Below, in pieces: positions 11,706 to 20,000 of a DNA stretch of 20,000 nucleotides (positions are counted from its first letter, which is position 1; each line of letters begins with the position of its first letter). Source of the stretch: Enoplolaimus lenunculus. Lineage: Eukaryota. The position numbers and the translations under genes were made by a program. The stretch is from the NCBI GenBank assembly GCA_030248215.1, contig JASANG010004128.1, forward strand, positions 483,445 through 503,444, read 5' to 3'. Under the pieces are notes generated by a model, which was not told the origin of the DNA, did not search any database, and saw nothing but the letters and a program-made list of their open reading frames with translations.

Positions 11706-12915
11706 AATTTTGTAGATCGAATGCTTGATCAATTTTAAAAATACAATTTCATATGTGGATTAGATCTGATTTCTAACTTTCACTTCTCCAAGAACTGCGA
11801 CCAACACCTTGCATATTTTGCTCTATTTCAGCTTTCCCGCATCCTGTGTGCTGTGCAATATGCGTGCTTGCGATAGCACTCGTGATGTTTTGTCTAGAAC
11901 AAATAATTCTAAGCAGAATATGGAGTTGGACTTATGAAGTGAATGTTTGAGGCTAAAAATAAACAAGATGCAATTTGAATTTTATCAAAATAACGTTCTT
12001 TGGCTTTAGTGCTGTATAATATTATTCAACCCATGGTTATTCAGATTTGAGTCAGCAAAAAGTGCAGGAAGGACACTATTTGGGTATCCCTGTATATTCG
12101 AAAAATTATTCTATTGAGCATTTTAATTTATACTTTCTAGGCTCGGGGAAAACAAACGAACTGCCTGAATCCTGGTCCAGAACCAGTTTGAAAATTTGAT
12201 AAAATCTCCAATCACGGTTTGTAGTCTTATTTCGGTAGTTACCCTTGCGCGGTGAACCGGACAATCGTTGCGTGAGTGTTAACCTTGCAAACTTCTGAAT
12301 ATAAGATTGTTGAAACAAAACCAAAATTTGCCTTTGATTTTGCTGTTGCGATAACTCGTGGCGTTTGCAGGAAAAGGTGATACAACGGATATAAAAGAGT
12401 GTTTTACGTCGGGAACACTGCAATTGTTTTCGATGGTTTTCTTTTCTTACAGTTTTAGCATGAACAGAGTCAAATGCTTTACCTCCCGTACGGGACGATA
12501 TGCATGTTTTGTGTTTTGTTTTGCGTGCCTTTTTGGTTGATTATTACACGGTATCGTGACTCTGTGCTCGATTCATAAAAAGTTTAAAAGCCGAAAGTTG
12601 GGAATTTAAACCCGCCGTTACAAATATTATATTTTGAATTTTCCACTTTTCCGTTTCTTTTTCAAACAAATTTTACGCTAAAAATTATCTCTACAAACCT
12701 GAGAATATTTGTTCGCAATTGTTTCGTCAATACTGCGTTATGTTCGTCAGGGGGGCTGCCACCCCTGCACCCCTTGCGATTTGAAGAGGACCGCCGCTTC
12801 ACGCGCTAAGCATTTTATTTTATTATTGACACTGCTAAACTTACTGAAAAAGTTTTGACCAGTTTGGTGCTTCAGTATGAGTACCGCTTAGTCCGGGGAT
12901 TGTGTGGCGGGAGCC

Positions 12916-13135
12916 CCCCATCCTGCTTACCATTTCTTCAAATCGCCGGGGGACCCCACAGTTTGTCTTAATAAACGTGAAATATTGTGGCGGGGTAGGG
13001 AAAGTTTTTCATTTTGGGGGAAGAAACGGACGGCAGTCCCCATCCTGCTTAGCATCACTTAAAATCGGTCCCGCAATTTGTCTTAATACACGAGAAAGAA
13101 TGTGGCGGGGAAAATGTTTTCATAGTGGGCGGAAA
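12916..13135 (+). repeat. Diverged tandem duplication (~2 x 120 bp)
   Basis: ccccatcctgctta..aaatcg..tttgtcttaata..tgtggcgggg..tttcat occurs at ~12916-13022 and ~13038-13135. A partial third tgtggcggg at 12903. Confidence 0.85.
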
Positions 13136-13960
13136 GTATAAAACTATAAACGTGCCTGTATTGTATTCGTTTATAAATTTTTCACTTTTCTCGTTTTCGA
13201 AACAAAGCCTATGCTTCAGGTTTTCCATACAAACCCAGGGAAAACCATAGGCGTTTAAATTTTGCACTTTCCTGCACACTGTTAAAAATGCTACGGAAAC
13301 TTCTGAAAGCCCCGATAAACTGCTCCCAAACTTCGTGGAAACTCCGAATAAAATTCCATTGAAACCAAAAGACCGTTCTTGGCAAAAGCCGACATCCCGT
13401 TGTACGTTGCAAAAAACTAACCTACCGATTTTAATGATGCAGAAGAGGCTGCAGTATTATAACAGACCCATTACGGTTATATAAAAGCACCGCCTTCACA
13501 AGCCAAATTAATATTAACACTCGAACAATACAAACTAAATTGAGTTTACTCAAATTCTACAAAATACGAAAAATCATTGGAACAGCGTAGCACGCCATCA
13601 AAACTTTTTCAAATTAAACATGGCAGCTAATGAAGTATACCATTATCTTTACACAATTAAATTGCTACTGATAATCCCATAAAACGCAGTCAAGTGTTTC
13701 ATAAACTTGGATGACGTTTATCTTGAACCGTTCTGGTCAACTTGTGAATCGATTCGACGGGTTACAAGGATTTTGCATGGAACGTCAGTAGTCTCATAGC
13801 ATGTCTCTTAATCTCCCGCAATGATATGTGTTCCAAATACATTTTACTTGAATATATAAGGGTGGCGGTATACTTTTTGGCAGCTTCAGTGCGTTCTGCC
13901 ACAGGACGATATGATACCACTACGTGAGCGTAAATCTTAGAACACAAACCTACTGAATAA

Positions 13961-13979
13961 TTTATTACAACTTTTTATT
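13961..13979 (-). promoter_or_regulatory. Candidate polyadenylation signals (two AATAAA) for ATP5IF1
   Basis: tttatt on + at 13961-13966 and 13974-13979, ~145-160 nt past the stop codon. The background is AT-rich, so this is only moderately specific. Confidence 0.5.
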
Positions 13980-14121
13980 TCGCGATACCACATTTACAAG
14001 TTGACAAGTTCGAAATACAGAACCACCCAATGAAGCCTACATTTAGTCATGGAAGTTATGCATTGCAATAACATTTAATATATCATTAATTAAACAATAT
14101 AAAGCACTCATTTGTTCAAAA

Positions 14122-14253
14122 TTATTTTTTCTTCATATTCTCTATCATTTGTTTGTGTTGATTGATTTTCGCTTGATGCTCTCTCATTTGCTCTTCATGA
14201 TACTTAATTTCATGTTCAAGATGGTCGTGCATTTTTGATAGCTGTTCTCGTTG
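14122..14253 (-). CDS. ATP5IF1: ATP5IF1 coding exon 5 (QREQL...MKKK*; dimerisation coiled coil)
   Basis: Acceptor tttacttttatttttag|, stop TAA at 14124-14122. Aligns without gaps to mammalian REQLAALKKHH..EI..H...H. Confidence 0.95.
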   Translation of the reverse strand, partial: QREQLSKMHDHLEHEIKYHEEQMREHQAKINQHKQMIENMKKK

Positions 14254-17216
14254 CTAAAAATAAAAGTAAAACACAATTTTATGTAATACTGGGTATGCAC
14301 TAATTGACAAAAGATTAGCGAGTTTACCCTTCTAACTTAAAATAAGCTAAGCCTGTGTTAAATACTCTGTCAACACAGAAACAACGAAAATACAACAAAG
14401 ACTATGCTGCAAATTTAAAATATAACATCAGCCAGCCTCTTTCAATAACTATCTAAACGACGACAAATTATTGCTCCCGTATGTCGCATACGCACTGAAA
14501 AAATAATTTTCGACAAGCACATCAAAACTAACCAAGCGGTAAAAATATTCCTCTTCTTTTGCTGCTTCCATCTTACCAAACGCACCGCCAGATTCTCTGA
14601 AATTACCGCTTATCATCTTTATGACCAGTGAATAAAGACTGTTTTAAGAAGATAGCACAAAACAATGTGTAAAATATATTTTACGCATTTTTGAGCTACA
14701 TTCTCAATTTGTGGTTGATTTTCTATACACATGATCAAAGTTTATGCAAAAGCAGTTGCAATCAACACATTTCAGCTTAATGTAACGAGAATTAAACTAA
14801 CGTTTTTCGCAAGATTGAATGTGTATGCCATTTAAAAAATGTTAGAACGATCAAGTTTTGGCTATCCCACTGCCGCATGAGGCGTATAAACTACAATCTG
14901 GCGCGGAAAAGCATTATGGTAACAGCAGTAACATAACAAATTCACGGTTTTGAAAAAATTGCCACTCCGTATGCTGGCAAACAGTAAATCAGATACTCTA
15001 CGATAAATATTTGCGTTTGATTATAATTTTCAGCAATCATCAGTTTCAGGGTGCAACCGGAATTACAATTTACCGGAACCGGAACCGGAATTTGAAAATT
15101 TTACCGGAACCGGAACCGGAAAGTGAAAAATGCATTTCACCAAAAATTTCATTTTAATCTTATTTTTTGCTCTATTATTTGTGAAATAACCTTAGTCGAA
15201 CATAGGTTTTATTTTATTTGTTGTATTTTAGATTTTCATCATCGACTGAAGTGAAATCCACCATCAATGGCTTATATTCGGAGTACAAGTGGCTTTCAAA
15301 AGACATTCTTAAAAATTAACAAAGTTAAGAAAACGGCCAAATTATAATACCGGAATTTTTAAATCCGGTAAAAATTTACCGGAACCGGAACCGGAAGGTG
15401 AAAAAATGCCGGAACCGGAACCGGAATTCCGGTTGCACCCTGATCAGTTTGTAAAAAAAGTTACTCACCGGACAGTACCACCTGAACCACCGCCCTAAAA
15501 CAGAAATAAACTTTAAAAAATGTGAGCAAAAAAGTTACAAAACACTGAATAAACTTCAAACCGCAAAACTGTCCGTTCCATAACTAGAAAACAATATCTA
15601 GCGTTTAGAATAAATACAACCGTGAAGAAACACACAACCAGAACAGCATTCCGCAAAATAAAGCAAACGAGACCTGAACTCACCTTTCCAGCGCCACTGC
15701 CCAATTCTCCAGTGCTCATTGCAGCGCTGAAACAATCACAATAACCATTATCATATCTGTACACTGATTTCAAATTCATCATTGAGCGAAGCTCGGAGTT
15801 TCGCGAAGCGTTTTATGTTTTGTACTTGGGGATCGAAAGGTGGATGTCCGTCCGTCTGTCCGTCCGAAAAGAATCTCAGGAACGGCTGAACCGATTTTGA
15901 TAAACTTTTTTTTGTTTGAAAGCCAATTATCCTGGAGTGTTAGCCTCGCATTGGGGTTTTAAAATTTTAAGCCGTTTATTAGCTACAGGCTAATTTGCAT
16001 AATTAATTAAGCCTAAATTAGGACTTTCGACAATATATCCCTAATTATTACAGTTAGAAGCAATCTAATTTTAGCATTAAAGGGTTTTTGTGTGCGAAGA
16101 ATCTGTATAGACTGTTTACAAACCTCCAAAACCGATAATTGAGCAGTTAGCTAATAGATAATTTGCATATTAGCATAGTTTATAAGCCTAAATTAGGACT
16201 TTTTACAATATTTAACTAATTATTACAGTTAGAAGCAATATGATTTCAGCACTAAAGGGTTTTTAGGTGTGAGAAATTTGAATAAATTGTTTACAAACAT
16301 CCAAAACCGATAATTGAATTGTTAGCTAATAGCTAATTTGCATATTAGCTTAATCGACAAGACAAAACTAGGACTTTTTAATTATTTCATTAATTATTAG
16401 GGTTTACTGAAGGTTTTCGGGTGCGAGGAGTGTGAATAAATTGTTTACAAACCTCCAAAACCGATAATTGAATAGTTAGCTAACAGCTAATTTGCATATT
16501 AGCTTAATTGACAAGACAAAATTAGGACTTTTTAAATTATTTCAATAATTATTAGGGTTTACTGAAGGTTTTTTGGTGCGAGGAATCTGAGTAAATTGTC
16601 TACAAACCTTTACAAGGGATTATCGAATAGTTAGCTAATAGATGATTTGCTTAATTGATGAGACAAAATTAGGACTTTTTAAATTATTTCAATAATTATT
16701 AGGGTTTACTGAAGGTTTTTTGGTGCGAGGAATTTGAATAAATTGTTTACAAACGTGCAAAACCGGTAATTGAGTAGTTAGCTAATAGATAATTTGCATG
16801 TAAGCATAATTGATAAGCCTAAATTAGGCGCTTTCACAATGTTTCACTAATTTTTGGGTGCGAGGAATCTGAGGAAATTGCTTACAAACCTCCAAAACCG
16901 ATAAATGAATAGTTAGCTAATAACTAATTTGCATATTACCTTAATTGCTCACGTGTGTTCGAGCTTCGCTCAATAAATGTAGTCCCACTACGACTGGTAA
17001 ATATACACTGATTTCTAATTCATCTTATTTTTAAGACGAAAAAAAACAAAAATTCATTGAACTTAGAGCATCTTTAACACGAAAAAGGTTTGTACGTTCA
17101 TCAATGTGCGGCCTTTGACCCATGATTTGCATGCAAAATAAACCGAATTCCTCTTACTTTGAAAGAAAACAAATATTTTTCGGAAGTCTGGAACAAAATT
17201 GAGTTGACCGTAGCAT
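14122..17216 (-). CDS. ATP5IF1: Mitochondrial ATPase inhibitor IF1 (ATP synthase inhibitory factor 1), 5 exons, 324 nt / 107 aa: MLRSTQFCSRLPKNICFLSNAAMSTGELGSGAGKGGGSGGTVRESGGAFGKMEAAKEEEYFYRLQREQLSKMHDHLEHEIKYHEEQMREHQAKINQHKQMIENMKKK
   Basis: Manual splicing of five segments, all introns GT-AG, with consistent phases (59+43+26+64+132=324 nt). Contains the IATP signature VRESGGAFGKxExAxEExYF..REQL and a His-rich coiled-coil C-terminus. The N-terminus is Arg/Ser-containing and acid-free, like a mitochondrial presequence. Confidence 0.95.
14533..14596 (-). CDS. ATP5IF1: ATP5IF1 coding exon 4 (ESGGAFGKMEAAKEEEYFYRL; inhibitory core)
   Basis: Acceptor aatttcag|, donor TTG|GTTAGT. Highly conserved IF1 motif. 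Confidence 0.96.
15047..15442. mobile_element. hAT-type MITE (396 bp) in ATP5IF1 intron 3
   Basis: Perfect 18-bp TIRs CAGGGTGCAACCGGAATT. Perfect 8-bp TSD ATCAGTTT (15039-15046 / 15443-15450). Subterminal (ACCGGA)n arrays at both ends. Confidence 0.95.
15469..15494 (-). CDS. ATP5IF1: ATP5IF1 coding exon 3 (26-nt microexon; GGGSGGTV+CG)
   Basis: Acceptor tttatttctgttttag|, donor CG|GTGAGT. Links GAGK to RESGGAFGK in frame. Confidence 0.93.
15684..15726 (-). CDS. ATP5IF1: ATP5IF1 coding exon 2 (43 nt; AAMSTGELGSGAGK)
   Basis: Acceptor tgtttcag|, donor AAG|GTGAGT. The G-x-L-G-S-G-A-G-K motif is typical of invertebrate IF1. Confidence 0.93.
15781..16997 (+). mobile_element. DINE-1/HINE-like non-autonomous Helentron (Helitron2-type) element in ATP5IF1 intron 1
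   Basis: Perfect 15-bp subterminal inverted repeats ATTGAGCGAAGCTCG (15781-15795) / CGAGCTTCGCTCAAT (16960-16974). GTCY microsatellite at ~15846-15866 followed by an AACGGCTGAACCGATTTTGA core. Central tandem repeats. 3' hairpin GTAGT-CCC-ACTAC (16979-16991), then CTGG|T. Confidence 0.85.
15980..16946 (+). repeat. Central tandem array (~6 units of 147-175 bp) inside the HINE-like element
   Basis: Anchor gcctaaattaggact/gacaaaattaggact recurs at 16011, 16186, 16361, 16515, 16662 and 16817 (spacings 175, 175, 154, 147, 155). The last unit is internally deleted. Confidence 0.95.
17158..17216 (-). CDS. ATP5IF1: ATP5IF1 coding exon 1 (MLRSTQFCSRLPKNICFLS + AA; presequence)
   Basis: ATG at 17216, donor AA|GTAAGA at 17157. 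Phase 2 matches the single leading base of exon 2 (AA|C = Asn). Transit-peptide-like composition. Confidence 0.85.
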
Positions 17217-18903
17217 ATTATAGAACGAACAGCTCTTTACAACAAACGAAATTATTAAAAATAAAATGCCGCTTAGGCTAAATAATGTACTGCAATCAAC
17301 GAGGCCTAAGGTTAAAGTGACATAAAGCGTACAGAAACGTCAACAGGGTCGAAGAACGGAACAGCCTGTGCCTGACACGCGCTAGTTCGCAACCACCGCA
17401 ACCCGCTTTTCTAACTGCTTAGTTAAAAAATATGATGCCCCGGTCCCTACCCAGACTGACAGGAAGGTCTTTCCTGTTAAAACTTTTCAAACAGACAACA
17501 AAACTTCGGATTCGGCAGAAATTTGCGGTTCGGATTCGAATATGAAAAAGCCGAATCCAACGATGTTCGTCAAACGTATTTAAAGTACAGAAATCGAAAT
17601 AAGCCCTGTCAAAAATTACTGATGTTTTATCGAAGCAACCTTTCTGCACTTAGCACTGCTTAATAACACATGCAATTTAACTTTCTAGTGAATATGCAGC
17701 AGCGCCTCCGACTATGAATAATTGATGTTTCTATTTAAAGATGAGTTTACAATTACACTAGCTAAGTAAATATAGTGTAATAATTAACAATAGCGCTTGT
17801 GGTAGTATTGACAAAATAGGCCCTTAATTGTGAACAAAGTATAGCACAGAAGCTACCCATTTTCCGAGCTTACAATCTATAGTCAAGATTGCAGTCAAAT
17901 AATACTGTTTATGAGTTGTCAGTTGATTTGCAGAAAAAATTATAGGCATAGGTTCTATGGAAAATTTACGGCGTCAATTTTGTTTGAAACACGGGAAAAG
18001 CGGAAAAAACAAACGTTTCGGGAAACGTTGTTTAGTCAACCTTGTGATAGATCGTACGAGCCTGACAGATTTCTAGGAAGGCAGTCGCAACAATTACGAT
18101 TATGGAAAACATCAACATGATCCCAGAATATTGACTAACAAATGACTGTCTGAAACTTCCTATTTATTTAGCTCGATCTGCGAAAGGTGAAAACAAACAA
18201 ATAGAAGAGAGGTGCAAAACATTGACGTCAAAGCGACGTTTCAATGGGATTCCATCAAGTGGTTGGCTTGATGCCCAGATACAACATGGGAACAAATTTT
18301 GGAAACCATGCCAATTGCCAAGATTCCCGAGGAACATTATGGCAAAGCATCAGCGCACAGTTGGACGCATTGGTCGTTGGTTACGAGACTCCGATCAAGG
18401 AAAGCGGGGCAGAGGTTAATGAGGCATGCTGGGTGGTCAAATAGGCAGCGAAAGCCGTCAGAAAAAAAAGAAAAGGAACAGTAAAGAAAGGTCATAAAAA
18501 GCTGATGTAACGTTTATAAACTATATTTTGGGAAAAAACATCAGTGATACGACAGATACAGACCGAAGAGGTTACAACCGCGCTGTGACTAGTGCTGTAA
18601 GAAATCAGCCGCCTGAACTCACCAGAGAGCAATCGTGCAATAACCAAGGAGAGTCGAACTGTACCTGTAGACAAGTTTAATTAGAAACAAAACGGATACA
18701 CAACGGTGCAGAAAATTGGAATAGGTATATGATAAAACTAAGTCTGGTGGCCAACAGTTGAGAATTTCAAGCAATATTCGACATCATCAGTGAAATAATG
18801 GACCAGCATCCTGCGTAATGGTTTTCTTATGCGAAAACAACTAATTGATGATAATTAAATTGGTTTCAGACAGGGACTTCCGGAAACAATGTTTGCTGAC
18901 AAT

Positions 18904-19052
18904 CGTGTCCGTAGCCAAGGGGGGGGGGCAGGGCGCTCTTTTGGCTCTCCCTAGAAAATGTTCAACCCTGCTTGCAAGTCATTAAAATACTTGAATGCCC
19001 CTCCTGAAATTTTTTAACCCCATTTTAGCAAGGTGATCAGGCTATGGGCCTG
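18904..19052. mobile_element. hAT-type MITE (149 bp)
   Basis: Degenerate TIRs CGTGTCCGTAGCC / GGCTATGGGCCTG. Perfect 8-bp TSD CTGACAAT (18896-18903 / 19053-19060). Subterminal G-run. Confidence 0.88.
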
Positions 19053-19284
19053 CTGACAATAAAACTAAATTATAAATGGAAGGCGAAATGAAAGCAGCAA
19101 TATATACAATGGTTCTAAAGTGTCACCAAGGGAAGGAGCGAATGGGTATTCGAAAACGATTTTTTGAGATTTTTGTTACCACAAATCACAGCACATTGAC
19201 GTTTTATGAAGTTCTAATGTTATGTTCCTACTTTTGAGTATTATCTCCTAAAAAAGTTTGGTTTGTTCTTGGAAGCCTTTTTAA

Positions 19285-19547
19285 CCCTTTCTCACATGAA
19301 TATTTGCAATTTCACTTGAGATGTAATTTCAAGGTGAAATTCGAACCCCAGTCTCACGGGTGGGAGGCGTTTATGATGATCACTGAGCTATAGGAGCTTG
19401 ACGCTCGAGCCCGAGTAGGTTCTCAAGTCTTGTGGAGATTTTGCACTGCTCATATATGTCATAAATGTAAAATGCTGCTCACAGTGTGTGTACTGCTCGT
19501 TCATTATTGTATTTAGTTGCACATAGTATACTGTATGCGTGAAAGGG
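19285..19547. mobile_element. piggyBac-type MITE, copy 2 (263 bp)
   Basis: TTAA|CCCTTTCTCACAT...ATGCGTGAAAGGG|TTAC. Same length and orientation as copy 1. Confidence 0.92.
19326..19397 (-). pseudogene. tRNA-Gly(CCC)-like sequence inside piggyBac MITE copy 2
   Basis: A box TAGCTCAGTGA, identical loop CTCCCAC, B box GGTTCGAATT. Anticodon stem partly decayed (3/5 pairs). Confidence 0.65.
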
Positions 19548-20000
19548 TTACAGATAGTCAGTAAGAATTTTTTCATTAAACATTCCAGTTGTGAACCTTT
19601 TATACTAGTTTTTTCACATTATGAAAGAAATTTGCTCCTGCGTTGCCATAGCCGTACCAAACGTTTAGATTAACAAGCTGGGTTTACCACAATTATGTTT
19701 CCCTTTCGCTGTGTGTACTAACGTGTAACAGATGTTCTTACACTACAAACTGTGGACCATGTAAAGATCAGGGGCGGAACCCGTAGAGCCTACTTCACAG
19801 AGAGAGTCAATTTGACTCACCGTTATTTGCCGTGTAGGCTTAGGAATATGGTTTTTAAATGCTGTTCGGCCCTGTTCTTTACATTGACCCAAACGGTGAA
19901 CGTGCCGTATTGTTCTCAGTTTTGCCAGCAAACATTTGCTGCGTGAAATTTAATTACAATATATTTTGCAATCACGTAAAATTCACATACTGATATTTTT

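Noticed and set aside
15513..15782. 89-aa ORF containing MSTGELGSGAGK
   Set aside because: Only 15684-15726 is exonic. The rest is read-through into introns 1 and 2 of ATP5IF1.
15980..16946. Regularly spaced repeats as a CRISPR array
   Set aside because: Whole units are homologous with no unique spacers, the context is a eukaryotic intron, and there are no cas genes.
17500..17570. TTCGGA/CCGAAT motifs suggesting a MITE fragment, plus lone CAGG starts at ~5134, ~12748 and ~19769
   Set aside because: No paired TIR or TSD found within the window.
18622..18663. Alternative upstream coding exon of ATP5IF1
   Set aside because: It has no ATG, and the in-phase translation (YSSTLLGYCTIAL) is not presequence-like. 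17158-17216 already supplies a start codon and the correct phase.
19743..19946. Overlapping 62-64 aa ORFs
   Set aside because: Length is within chance expectation, with no motif or splice support.

Overview
AT-rich eukaryotic (invertebrate-animal-like) genomic DNA. Nothing here looks prokaryotic. One gene can be fully reconstructed from the sequence, and the ORF track misses it: a 5-exon, minus-strand mitochondrial ATP synthase inhibitory factor 1 (ATP5IF1/ATPIF1, 107 aa; CDS join 17216-17158, 15726-15684, 15494-15469, 14596-14533, 14253-14122). The rest is mostly non-autonomous DNA transposons. These include several hAT-type MITEs with 8-bp TSDs and two 263-bp piggyBac-type MITEs that carry a tRNA-Gly(CCC)-like Pol III cassette (one nested in another MITE). 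There is also a 906-bp foldback element with ~219-bp TIRs whose ends resemble Helitron 3' termini. A 1.2-kb DINE-1/HINE-like Helentron element fills ATP5IF1 intron 1, with octamer-bearing central tandem repeats and an atypical 21-bp flanking duplication. A few stretches (7.0-7.1, 10.8-13.5 and 18.2-18.7 kb) look like decayed coding sequence but cannot be assigned.
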